From: an uncultured virus (IMG/VR IMGVR_UViG_3300034072_000446)
Lineage: Duplodnaviria > Heunggongvirae > Uroviricota > Caudoviricetes
Virus record (IMG/VR): IMGVR_UViG_3300034072_000446
DNA length: 64,000 nucleotides
Strand: one strand, 5' to 3'
Positions within the stretch are counted from its first letter, which is position 1, and every line of letters begins with the position of its first letter. A program made the position numbers and the translations under genes. The notes beneath the pieces are model-generated. The model was not told the DNA's origin, made no database searches, and saw only the letters and a program-made list of their open reading frames with translations. Shown in pieces: positions 26,045-35,257 of the stretch.

Positions 26045-27885
26045 TGTATCTCCCAAATAAAGAAAAGTTGCATCTTTATTGGGCAATAGACATAGAGGGC
26101 GATCCCATACCTTCAACAAGGGTCTGGTGCGCTTGCGCATGGAATATTCGTACACGAGAGGAAGTTCGCTTTCGTGATTACGAGAACCTTCGTAAATGGA
26201 TTGCCGACAGGAAGGCAGAAGGCTGTAAGTTCGTAGCCCACAATGGTATTGGGTACGATTTCTACACACTGAATCTTCTTGTAGGGACTAAGCTTACTAT
26301 TTCTGATATCTGTGATACCATGCTTATGTCTATGGTTTATTCTCCGTCCCTTGACGGGGGACATGGCCTAGCAGCATGGGGCAAGCGTATTGGACACGCT
26401 AAAACAGAATGGGATGATTTCAGCAAGTGGTCTCAAGAACAAGAAGACTACTGCATGAATGATGCTATTCTGTGCGGAAAGGTGTTTATTGCTCTTGTCA
26501 ACCGTATGCGCCAGCTTGGTTTTACAGAAGACGGTCTAGACATTGAGCATCGTTCATGGCACCTCATACAGAAGCAGAAGCGTAATGGTTTTGCGTTTAA
26601 TATCAAAGAAGCTCATATTCTCTATAACAAGATAAGGGAAAAAGAGAATGAAATCCGAGACAGAATCCACGAGTTCTGGCCTCCCGAACTTAGACACGTT
26701 GCTACGTTCAAGAAGCCATTTAAGAAAGATGGAAACCCTTCTGCAAATTATACACGACACCAACAGCAATATGTTGAAGTCCGAGTCCGAGAAGACGACG
26801 GAGAATACGATGCTTATGACTACGTGTACTTCAGCATTGGAAGTCCTCAGCAACGAGTTGAAAAGCTTCTGGAACTCGGATGGGAACCCCGAGAGTTCAC
26901 GAAGGGAGGCTCGCCTCAACCCACCTCCAAAGGAAAGCTAAGCCCTAGTCTGGCAGAGTTTGTAGAGAAGTCTGGCAATGAACAGGTAAAACTGATCGCT
27001 AACTGGATTGAATACAATGCTCGTGCCAACATGATTAATACATGGATCGAGGCATACAACGATGATACCGGGTGCATTCATGGTAGCTTGTGGCTTGCTA
27101 ATACTCTTCGGTACCGCCACAGCGAGCCTAACAGCGCTAACATACCTGCTGTACGACTTGACAAAGAAGATAGAGTTCGCTACGGGGAAGACGGAGTCTT
27201 TACGTACGAAGCTCGTAACCTATGGACCGTTCGTTCTGATGATCGTATGCTCGTTGGGGTTGACGCTAAAGGCATTCAGCTACGCGTTCTCGCTCATTAT
27301 CTAAACAACCCTGAATTTACGGAGGCAGTTCTTGGAGGAGACCCACACAGTTACAATCAAAAGATTGGAAGTTTTGCGACACGAAGTATTGCCAAAACAT
27401 TTATATACAGCTACCTCTTGGGTGCAGGAGATGCAAAAGTCGGGCAAATCATTGGCGGATCAACAAAGGATGGTCGAGAAGTTAAGCAACTGTTTACAAA
27501 CAATTTCCCAGGACTTAAAAATCTACTCGATGCTCTTGAAAGACAGGTGGACCGAACTGGAAGAATTGTCCTTTGTGACGGGACTCCCATTATCGTCTCC
27601 TCTCCACACACTCGCCTTGGCTACCTCCTACAAGGAGACGAGTCAAGAATCATGAAGAAGGCCGCCATTTTGGCAGATATTGAGAACCGTCGTCGTGCTC
27701 TAGATGTCCTTAAGGTAGGGGACATTCACGATGAATGGCAGAATGATGTTTATAAGGACCATACAGATGAATTTGCGTACGAAGTTTGTCCCCTTGCTTT
27801 CCGCAGCAGCGGCGAGCATTTCCGTTATCGGCTTCCCATTGATTGTGATGCTAAGGTCGGTTTGACGTGGGCATCAACACACTAG
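26044..27885 (+). CDS. Family A DNA polymerase with 3'-5' exonuclease
   Basis: DIE, HNGIGYD and YC.ND exonuclease motifs; motif A DAKGIQLR, motif B R..AKTFIY, motif C IHDE. Confidence 0.95.
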   Translation: MYLPNKEKLHLYWAIDIEGDPIPSTRVWCACAWNIRTREEVRFRDYENLRKWIADRKAEGCKFVAHNGIGYDFYTLNLLVGTKLTISDICDTMLMSMVYSPSLDGGHGLAAWGKRIGHAKTEWDDFSKWSQEQEDYCMNDAILCGKVFIALVNRMRQLGFTEDGLDIEHRSWHLIQKQKRNGFAFNIKEAHILYNKIREKENEIRDRIHEFWPPELRHVATFKKPFKKDGNPSANYTRHQQQYVEVRVREDDGEYDAYDYVYFSIGSPQQRVEKLLELGWEPREFTKGGSPQPTSKGKLSPSLAEFVEKSGNEQVKLIANWIEYNARANMINTWIEAYNDDTGCIHGSLWLANTLRYRHSEPNSANIPAVRLDKEDRVRYGEDGVFTYEARNLWTVRSDDRMLVGVDAKGIQLRVLAHYLNNPEFTEAVLGGDPHSYNQKIGSFATRSIAKTFIYSYLLGAGDAKVGQIIGGSTKDGREVKQLFTNNFPGLKNLLDALERQVDRTGRIVLCDGTPIIVSSPHTRLGYLLQGDESRIMKKAAILADIENRRRALDVLKVGDIHDEWQNDVYKDHTDEFAYEVCPLAFRSSGEHFRYRLPIDCDAKVGLTWASTH

Positions 27886-28281
27886 TTGGACCTTTTCCTC
27901 CTGTTGATGAAGACGAAGACCACTCTGTTCCATGGATACCTTAATGACTTGTCCGACTAACCACAAATATATCTCTGCTCTTATTACCCACAAAAATGGA
28001 GACCAGTCTCGGCTGGAATTTCTTTCGGAAGGAGAGATCGAATGGTATCGTACCTTGTACGAACAAGAGATCAAGAGCATAGAACTTCTAGATGAGGACG
28101 ACTATTATGGCTTCTACGGCTGATAAAGAACTCAAGGAAATACGTGACTACTACTATAATAAGTGGTGTAATCTTCCTGATAACCTTACAGACTACGACG
28201 ATCTCATTATCGACCTGTTGAATGAGATTGAGGATTTGTATAATCCGGGTCGACTAAATGGAAATTAATTAAAAATAGTTG

Positions 28282-28310
28282 TTGACTTTTGTTGCAATTG
28301 TTGGTATAAT
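28282..28310 (+). promoter_or_regulatory. sigma70 promoter upstream of SSB
   Basis: TTGACT-N17-TATAAT with extended TG. Confidence 0.8.
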
Positions 28311-28389
28311 GAAGTAGAAGGTTAGGGGTTAAACATAGTAACCCTGCAATTGCCTAATCTTCTTTTGAGAAAACTTTGAAAGGAAATAT

Positions 28390-28953
28390 ATGACTAATAA
28401 GCCCCAGACTGTTGTTATCCGTGGTAAGGCATCGTTTGCTAAGATTCTCGGTGAGCCTGTCCTGAACTATAACAAGGACGGCAAGGAATGGAAAATGGAC
28501 CTTCTGCTGACTAACAAGGATAGTCTGAAGGAGCTTAAGGCGGCTGGCATTGCTGACCGTATTAAGCGTAAGGAAACTTACCTTGATGGTGAGCCTTATC
28601 TGTCGTTTAAGCAGACCGAATATCGTAAGGACGGTATCACTAAGAACGACCCGATCCCTGTTGTGGATATCAAGGGCCGGCCTTGGGATGATGAGAAGCT
28701 GATCGGTAACGGTTCTGACGTTGATGTTAAGTTCGTAGTTATGGACTTTGGCCCCGGCAAGAAGAAGGGTGTTTACATCCGAGGTGTCCGGGTTCTGAAT
28801 CTTGTCCCGTACGAAGGAGGTAGTGGTTTTGCCCCTATCTCTGAAGATGATGAGTTCTTTGCTAATGCTATCAAGGTTGATGATGCAGAGTTTGCTAAGG
28901 ACTTTGACCTTGCGGAACCTGTCGACGATCTCGACGACGATCTGCCCGTATGA
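28390..28953 (+). CDS. Single-stranded DNA-binding protein, T7 gp2.5-like
   Basis: LIGNGSDVDV and VRVLNLVPY motifs; acidic tail ending DDDLPV. Confidence 0.8.
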   Translation: MTNKPQTVVIRGKASFAKILGEPVLNYNKDGKEWKMDLLLTNKDSLKELKAAGIADRIKRKETYLDGEPYLSFKQTEYRKDGITKNDPIPVVDIKGRPWDDEKLIGNGSDVDVKFVVMDFGPGKKKGVYIRGVRVLNLVPYEGGSGFAPISEDDEFFANAIKVDDAEFAKDFDLAEPVDDLDDDLPV

Positions 28954-29342
28954 TCGAAGAATGGAAGAAAGTTCCAAATGTTGATTATTTATGGGTATCT
29001 ACGTTGGGTCGTGTCAAGTCAGAAGATTACGAGACACCGATGCCGCGTGGCGGGTTCAAAATAAATAGGCTAAAACCGACATACGGGCATAACCAACAAG
29101 TTACTAAAAATTACAAACGAAAGATTATCGTCTTTAGACGAAAAACGTATCGTATTGCATCTTTAATAGCTAAGACATTTTTAGGTGAACGCCCAGTATC
29201 TTTTGTCATTTCACATATTAATGAAAACTCTTTGGATAATTCGGTAAACAATTTGTGTTACGAATCACAAAAAGATAATCTAAACCGACCCAGTATAAAA
29301 GAGTATCATAGAAAAATGTGTCGTCAGAAAATGACAGTATAA
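28950..29342 (+). CDS. NUMOD4/HNH homing endonuclease
   Basis: EEWKKVP...VSTLGRVKS and LIAKTFLG..P...ISHINENSLDNSVNNL motifs. Confidence 0.85.
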   Translation: MIEEWKKVPNVDYLWVSTLGRVKSEDYETPMPRGGFKINRLKPTYGHNQQVTKNYKRKIIVFRRKTYRIASLIAKTFLGERPVSFVISHINENSLDNSVNNLCYESQKDNLNRPSIKEYHRKMCRQKMTV

Positions 29343-29463
29343 GGACCGCTGCTACGGCAGTGCTGATGGCAACAGGTCAGTGTAGGCAGGGAAGTCTGTC
29401 CTATGTCTGTTGAAGATTCCCCGCGCGTAGGGAACCAGAGGGTGAAAGGCCCTCGTCTTTATA
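29338..29463 (+). ncRNA. Multi-hairpin RNA with tRNA-like acceptor stem and T-arm
   Basis: TAAGGAC/GTCTTTA closing stem, five inner hairpins, the last with 5 bp and a 7-nt UGAAAGG loop. Confidence 0.6.
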
Positions 29464-29727
29464 AGGATTGTTATGGATATTTGGTCAGTTATTATTATCG
29501 TAGTTCTTCTAGTTGGTGTAGGACTAGCAGTACGTTGAAGCGTATTGATATTGTATTCAAACGTACGGGGCAGTTCATAATGAGAGGCGCTGCTTCTGTT
29601 GATATTGATGAGGGAGAGGACTGGCGAGAAGCTGCCAAGAGATTGCAGTTCTCAGAGTTTCTTCCTATCAATATGGCGTACGACGACGAGAATTGGGAAT
29701 TTGATACTGTCTATGTAGAGGCTGATA

Positions 29728-29925
29728 ATGACGAAGAAGATTAACTTAGACGAGGTACGCCAACTTTCTTGGGCGACTGATTATATTTTTGGCTACGAGA
29801 CTGATAATTCCTGTGGCGATCCAGATTGCTGCGGGGGTCCTTTCTATAACAAGAAAGACTATGAAGAAGCTCTAGAAGATTTGCTAAAGTTTGGACTAGA
29901 ATATGACCCAACAAAAGACGATTGA
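29728..29925 (+). CDS. Small hypothetical protein
   Basis: CGDPDCCGG motif; overlaps both neighbours. Confidence 0.6.
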   Translation: MTKKINLDEVRQLSWATDYIFGYETDNSCGDPDCCGGPFYNKKDYEEALEDLLKFGLEYDPTKDD

Positions 29926-30745
29926 CACACTCGTTCAGGACATATACTCGTTGTTTGATCCTAAGGTCATGCACGAGCCTAACGAGGACAACCTAGAAGA
30001 GTTCGCCCAGAACATGAAGCAGATTCTCCGCGTACGACTCGCATCGCGAGAAGACGTACGAGACCCTCTGCGGTTCTCTGCTCTGGGTAAGCCAGACCGA
30101 CAGCTATGGTATATGGCTAAGGGGTATCCTTCAGAAGAGATGACCCCAAAGACATACTTCAAATTCCTTTATGGTGATGTGATTGAAGCACTTCTTCTCT
30201 TCCTTGCTAAGGAATCTGGTCATAGCGTTGAAGCTGAACAGATGGAGATTGAAGTGGATGGTGTCAAGGGGCACATCGATGCTATCATTGATGGTGTTGT
30301 CACTGATGTTAAATCCGCTTCTCCCTTTGCGTATAAGAAATTCAAAGACAACACTCTCCATCAGAACGATCCTTTTGGGTATATCCAGCAAATCTCTGGC
30401 TACACAGATACGATTACTCCGGGAGAAGCTGGAGCTTTTCTTGCCGCAGACAAGGTAAGTGGGGACTTGTGTGTAATGAATGTCAGTGCATCTATCATCG
30501 CTGACAATCCGCCGCGGCCACGCATTGCACATCTCAAGGAAGTTATTGCTAGCGAGACACCGCCAGAACGTTGCTTCCCTGATGAGCCAGACGGCAAGTC
30601 TGGTAACATGAAGCTGGGAACAGAGTGTAGTTATTGTGCCTTCAAGCACCACTGCTGGAAGGACCTTAGAACGTTTATTTATAGCACAGGCCCACGGTAT
30701 CTTACTAAGGTTGTGCGAGAACCGGAGGTTTATGAAGTCACTTAA
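29903..30745 (+). CDS. PD-(D/E)XK (Cas4-like) exonuclease
   Basis: LRFSALGKPDRQLW, GHIDAIIDG...DVKSAS, QISGY and CSYCAFK..C motifs. Confidence 0.85.
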   Translation: MTQQKTIDTLVQDIYSLFDPKVMHEPNEDNLEEFAQNMKQILRVRLASREDVRDPLRFSALGKPDRQLWYMAKGYPSEEMTPKTYFKFLYGDVIEALLLFLAKESGHSVEAEQMEIEVDGVKGHIDAIIDGVVTDVKSASPFAYKKFKDNTLHQNDPFGYIQQISGYTDTITPGEAGAFLAADKVSGDLCVMNVSASIIADNPPRPRIAHLKEVIASETPPERCFPDEPDGKSGNMKLGTECSYCAFKHHCWKDLRTFIYSTGPRYLTKVVREPEVYEVT

Positions 30746-31211
30746 AGAAAAAGAGTGCAAGCACTGTAAAGAAATAAAACCACGAGACGCTTTTTATACT
30801 TCTCGTGCAGGTAAGATAAACGACCCAACTTGTAGGCTGTGTTTATCAATTTTGCGGAAGGCAAAGAATAGTTCTGATCCCAATTTGCTCAAACAGCAAC
30901 GCAGAGCTAATCACCTAAAATCAAGGTACGGTATAACAATTGAACAATATAAATTTCTACTAGAAAAGCAGAATAATTGTTGTGCTGTTTGTGAAAAGCA
31001 TCAAGATATGGAAAAAACAAATTTCCATGTAGATCACGATCATATTACTGGAGAAATCCGAGGACTTCTATGTAACTATTGTAATAGAATGCGAGTTGGA
31101 CGACACCGTGATGGTAAAATCTTTAGAAAAATTGCAGATTACCTAGAGCAAGGTACTGGATGGTTTGTCCCTAAAAAGAAAAAACCAGTAAAAAGAAAAC
31201 CATTTATATGA
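30732..31211 (+). CDS. Endonuclease VII-like HNH nuclease
   Basis: YGIT..QY, CAVC and HVDHDHITGEIRGLLCNYCN motifs. Confidence 0.88.
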   Translation: MKSLKEKECKHCKEIKPRDAFYTSRAGKINDPTCRLCLSILRKAKNSSDPNLLKQQRRANHLKSRYGITIEQYKFLLEKQNNCCAVCEKHQDMEKTNFHVDHDHITGEIRGLLCNYCNRMRVGRHRDGKIFRKIADYLEQGTGWFVPKKKKPVKRKPFI

Positions 31212-31268
31212 TAAACAAACAACATGGGTTCCTCTGGGAAGAAGGAACAACGATACCGGAGGAATGGT

Positions 31269-32015
31269 ATGGGTAAACGACACCTAATTATTGGGGACAG
31301 CCATGCGCACCCTGACTACTCTAACGAGCGGTTTACTTGGCTTGGTAAGCTTATTCACGATAGCCGTCCTGATGTGGTTGTCAATATTGGTGATATGGCT
31401 GATATGGCCTCTCTATGCGCTCACAGTAAGGCGATAGAGATCGAAGGCGCAAGGTATGAAGCGGATGTAAATGCGGCTAAGGACGCGCAAGAACGCATGT
31501 TCCACGAAGTTCGCAAACACAAGAAGAAGCTACCCCGCTTTGTATGGACCTTGGGAAATCATGACATACGGGCGGATCGTTTCGTCGCCGACAACCCGGT
31601 ATTTCAAGGGAAGATCAAGACGGAAGACATTGGATACAAGGACTACCCGTGGTCGGACGTCGTTCCATTCCTTGAACCAATTGATATCGATGGTATTGAT
31701 TATTGTCACTATTTTACAAGCGGTATCATGGGTCGCCCTATTGGTGGACAACATGCAGCATGGACTATTGTTAAGAAGCGTAATAAGTCTGGCACTGCTG
31801 GCCATTCCCACGTACTTGATTATAAGATTGACAAGACCCCGGGGCGCTCTCTGATGGGCCTTGTTGTAGGCAACTTCATTGGGTTCCACATGGGATACGC
31901 TGGTCCGTCTAATGATATGTGGTCTGATGGTATTGCTATCTGTGACAATGTTGAAGACGGTATCTATGACTTCTCGTGGATTTCTATGAACCACCTTAAG
32001 AAAGAATACGGCTAA
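31269..32015 (+). CDS. Calcineurin-like metallophosphoesterase
   Basis: GDSH, NIGDMAD, LGNHD and GHSH motifs. Confidence 0.88.
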   Translation: MGKRHLIIGDSHAHPDYSNERFTWLGKLIHDSRPDVVVNIGDMADMASLCAHSKAIEIEGARYEADVNAAKDAQERMFHEVRKHKKKLPRFVWTLGNHDIRADRFVADNPVFQGKIKTEDIGYKDYPWSDVVPFLEPIDIDGIDYCHYFTSGIMGRPIGGQHAAWTIVKKRNKSGTAGHSHVLDYKIDKTPGRSLMGLVVGNFIGFHMGYAGPSNDMWSDGIAICDNVEDGIYDFSWISMNHLKKEYG

Positions 32016-32018
32016 GGA

Positions 32019-32222
32019 GTGATGGCATTGATGGATGAGGGCGAACTTAGCCCGTTGATTAGAGAAGCCCTCATTGATCGTTTTGAGGGTTGGGAACTTG
32101 TAGAGTTTCTGAATGTAAGTATCGAACGTATTGTTGAACTTCTTGAAGAGGAAATCATAGATAACATCGAAGACGTACAAGAGGAACTCGGTCTAGAAAA
32201 GGATAATAATAATGAAGACTGA
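32019..32222 (+). CDS. Small acidic hypothetical protein
   Basis: AAGGAG RBS; Glu-rich. Confidence 0.65.
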   Translation: MMALMDEGELSPLIREALIDRFEGWELVEFLNVSIERIVELLEEEIIDNIEDVQEELGLEKDNNNED

Positions 32223-32460
32223 TGTTTATTTCTGGTTGGGTGATGACGGAGAAGCAATTGTTGTTTCAGAAGAAGGTTTTGGGGGATTGCAAGATATTGA
32301 GAGGGATGCTCGCCGACGCTTCCGCGAGGTCGATATTTCCCCGAAGCGCTATTACTTTCATGGCGTCATCGAAGAAATTGATGAAGATGACTACGACGAC
32401 GAAGGATACGAATTTGACGACCTCTTTGACGACGACAGCGACGATACCCGACCCGCTTAA
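32212..32460 (+). CDS. Small acidic hypothetical protein
   Basis: AAGGA RBS; Asp-rich C-terminus. Confidence 0.6.
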   Translation: MKTDVYFWLGDDGEAIVVSEEGFGGLQDIERDARRRFREVDISPKRYYFHGVIEEIDEDDYDDEGYEFDDLFDDDSDDTRPA

Positions 32461-32665
32461 GGTTCAGGTTGGTGGTGGTCACTATAAGGCCTTTGCTATC
32501 CAGCCTATTGAATATTGCATGGCCAACAAGCTTGATCATTGCCAATCTAATGTTGTTAAGTATGTCAGTCGCTTTCGTACGAAGGGAGGTCTCGAAGACC
32601 TTCTGAAAGCACGACATTATATTGATATTCTTATCAAGCTTGAGTATGGTAATGAGCGGACTTAA
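32414..32665 (+). CDS. DUF3310 / SaV-like protein
   Basis: QVGGGHYK...IQPIEY...NVVKYVSR...KGGLEDLLKARHYIDIL; start approximate. Confidence 0.85.
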   Translation: MTTSLTTTATIPDPLKVQVGGGHYKAFAIQPIEYCMANKLDHCQSNVVKYVSRFRTKGGLEDLLKARHYIDILIKLEYGNERT

Positions 32666-32769
32666 TAAGTACGACGAAAAGCAGAAGAGGGAAATGCGAC
32701 GGAAGTTCCATAAGGAAAAGGACTTCCGTTTCCCTAAGCGCAAGAAGAATCAAATTGAGGAAGATTACG

Positions 32770-33159
32770 ATGATGCCGAAGACTATTTCGCGTGAGGAAA
32801 AGGTTAATGAATTTCGTAAGGCGGCGGGCAAGAAGGACTTTGATGGGACTCCGGATAGTGTTGATGAGTCTATCGCTACTTGTATCGTTGAGGAACTTAA
32901 CGAGTTCTTTATGGCTGCCGAGGCATACGTACGAGAGCAGAACGAATCTAATCGAGCCGAACTCTGTAAGGAGTGGGCCGACCTACAATACGTAGTCTCT
33001 CAGGCTGCTGTGTACTTTGGTATTCCTGCTGATCCTTCCTTCAATCGTGTTCATAATTCCAATATGAGTAAGGTTGTTAACGGTAAGGTATTCTTCCGGA
33101 GCGATGGGAAAATTGAGAAGGGCCCAAATTACCATAAACCTGATATGAAAGGCCTCTGA
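32770..33159 (+). CDS. MazG-like nucleotide pyrophosphohydrolase
   Basis: IVEELNE, KEWADLQYV, FNRVHNSNMSK and DGKIEKGPNY motifs. Confidence 0.88.
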   Translation: MMPKTISREEKVNEFRKAAGKKDFDGTPDSVDESIATCIVEELNEFFMAAEAYVREQNESNRAELCKEWADLQYVVSQAAVYFGIPADPSFNRVHNSNMSKVVNGKVFFRSDGKIEKGPNYHKPDMKGL

Positions 33160-33161
33160 TC

Positions 33162-34829
33162 TTGAAGAACGATTATTTTCGTAGTTATTTTGCACGCCAT
33201 ATTTTTGAACAGAAGTACGCTCACGAAGGAGCTGAGACTTGGCCAGAACTTGCTAAGACACTTATAGAAAGTGTTTGTAGTAATTACATGAGTAAAGATG
33301 AAGTCTCTCAACTTACTCAATACGTTACAGACATGAAGTTTATTCCGGGTGGGCGCTATCTTTATTACGCAGGCCGTCCTAATCCTTTCTATAACAATTG
33401 CTATCTTCTCAAGGCGGAAGAAGACACTCGTGAAGACTGGGCCAATCTGTCTTGGAAGGCTGAAAGTTGTCTAATGACTGGAGGTGGCATTGGTGTAGAC
33501 TACTCTGTATATCGTGCAGAAGGCTCTCCTATCCGCCGTACGGGTGGATCAGCTTCTGGTCCTCTACCCAAGATGGAAATGCTTAATGAGATTGGCAGGC
33601 GAGTCATGCAAGGGGGTTCTCGTAGGTCTGCTATCTATGCATCTTTGAATTGGCGACATGCTGATATCAATAAGTTTCTTACTATTAAGGATTGGGAGAA
33701 CTACCCAATTCCGGGAACAGATAAGACTTACAAGGATGTTAAGCAACTAGACTTCAACTTCCCTTGTCCTCTAGACATGACTAATATTTCTGTAAACTAT
33801 GATACAGCATGGATTGAGGCGTATAAGGCTACTGGTAATGTAGGAGAGGTTTTCCTTACCAATGTAAGGCAGGCGCTTAAGGGAGCTGAGCCGGGTTTCT
33901 CTTTTAACTTTTATGAAAAAGAAAATGAGACACTTCGTAATGCTTGCACAGAAGTTACATCAGAAGATGATAGCGATGTATGTAACCTAGGTTCTGTCAA
34001 TATGGGGCGCATTGAAACACTTGAAGAGTTCAAGCAAGTTTGTGAACTAGCTACTAAGTTTCTTGTATGTGGGACACTAGAAGCTAAGCTCCCTTATGCT
34101 GCTGTTTACCTAACTCGCGAGAAGAATCGTAGGCTTGGTCTTGGGCTTATGGGAATGCACGAGTGGCTTATTCAAAGGGGCAATAAGTATGAAGTTACCG
34201 AAGAGCTTCATTCTTGGCTGGCATCATACAGAGATGTATCTGATTCAGTTTCTGATGCGTTTGCTGACTCTCTAGGTATTAGCCGTCCGGTAGCTAAGCG
34301 GGCGATTGCGCCTACTGGCACTATTGGTATTCTGGCTGGAACTACTACTGGTATTGAACCTCTGTTCGCTGTTGCTTACAAGAGAAGGTATCTGAAGAAT
34401 GGCACAGACTGGCATTACCAATACGTGGTTGACTCTGCTGCACAAGAGCTTATAGACATGTATGGAGCTGACCCAGATAGTATCGAATCAGCCCTTGACT
34501 TGGCGAATGACTTTGAGAGGCGGATTAAGTTCCAAGCAGACGTTCAAGACTATGTTGATATGAGCATTTCTTCAACTATTAATCTGCCGGCATGGGGGTC
34601 AGACCTTAATAATGAAGACACTGTTGATAAATTTGCAGAAACTCTTGCTCGATATGCTCATCGCCTTCGCGGGTTTACTTGCTACCCTGATGGTAGTCGT
34701 GGTGGGCAGCCCCTTACTCCTTGTTCTTATTATGAAGCGAGGGAAAGCTTGGGTCAAGAATTTCAGGAAAGTGTGATTACCCACGACGTATGTGACATCT
34801 ACGGTAAGGGTGGATCGTGTGGTGTGTAA
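33162..34829 (+). CDS. nrdJ: Class II (adenosylcobalamin-dependent) ribonucleotide reductase
   Basis: PGGR, NCY, GGSRRSA, NACTE, CNLGS and APTGTI motifs, C-terminal Cys pair; no small-subunit gene nearby. Confidence 0.85.
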   Translation: MKNDYFRSYFARHIFEQKYAHEGAETWPELAKTLIESVCSNYMSKDEVSQLTQYVTDMKFIPGGRYLYYAGRPNPFYNNCYLLKAEEDTREDWANLSWKAESCLMTGGGIGVDYSVYRAEGSPIRRTGGSASGPLPKMEMLNEIGRRVMQGGSRRSAIYASLNWRHADINKFLTIKDWENYPIPGTDKTYKDVKQLDFNFPCPLDMTNISVNYDTAWIEAYKATGNVGEVFLTNVRQALKGAEPGFSFNFYEKENETLRNACTEVTSEDDSDVCNLGSVNMGRIETLEEFKQVCELATKFLVCGTLEAKLPYAAVYLTREKNRRLGLGLMGMHEWLIQRGNKYEVTEELHSWLASYRDVSDSVSDAFADSLGISRPVAKRAIAPTGTIGILAGTTTGIEPLFAVAYKRRYLKNGTDWHYQYVVDSAAQELIDMYGADPDSIESALDLANDFERRIKFQADVQDYVDMSISSTINLPAWGSDLNNEDTVDKFAETLARYAHRLRGFTCYPDGSRGGQPLTPCSYYEARESLGQEFQESVITHDVCDIYGKGGSCGV

Positions 34830-35211
34830 CAAAGATAAACTTGAGATAACTGTCTCACAATATGAAGACAAGGCAGAATACCAACGTCAATGGCGAAAAC
34901 TCAACCCTGATAAAATGAAAGAATACGAGCGGCGGCGAGACAAAGAGAAAAGTCGTGAAAGGGCCTGGGAACGACGATATGGTATTGCTCGTCAAGATTA
35001 CGAGAATCTTCTAGAGAAGCAAGGAGATAGTTGCGCAATCTGCAAGACTACTAATGTAGGAAGGAAAGGTCATACACATTTTCACGTAGACCATGACCAT
35101 CTTACAGGCAAAGTTCGAGGGCTACTTTGTGACCTTTGTAATAGAGGTCTGGGGTATTTTAAAGACGACGCCTATATGTTGAGAAAAGCTGCTAAATACT
35201 TAGACGGTTGA
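34792..35211 (+). CDS. Endonuclease VII-like HNH nuclease
   Basis: CAIC and HVDHDHLTGKVRGLLCDLCNRGLG motifs; start uncertain. Confidence 0.88.
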   Translation: MTSTVRVDRVVCNKDKLEITVSQYEDKAEYQRQWRKLNPDKMKEYERRRDKEKSRERAWERRYGIARQDYENLLEKQGDSCAICKTTNVGRKGHTHFHVDHDHLTGKVRGLLCDLCNRGLGYFKDDAYMLRKAAKYLDG

Positions 35212-35214
35212 TAC

Positions 35215-35257
35215 AAAAAGACCCCCTCCGGCATTACGCTAGAGGGGGTTTTCTTTT
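35215..35257. terminator. Bidirectional intrinsic terminator between the convergent genome arms
   Basis: AAAAA-GACCCCCTC...GAGGGGGTT-TTCTTTT. Confidence 0.88.

Noticed and set aside
29403..29534. N-terminal part of the 113-aa ORF, or a cobalamin riboswitch or canonical tRNA here
   Set aside because: The ORF start lies inside the hairpin array, and better starts exist at 29473 and ~29535. No B12-box or anticodon arm is visible.
25655..35211. Group I introns or inteins in helicase, PolA or RNR
   Set aside because: These genes are continuous and of normal length. The nucleases lie between genes, not inside them.
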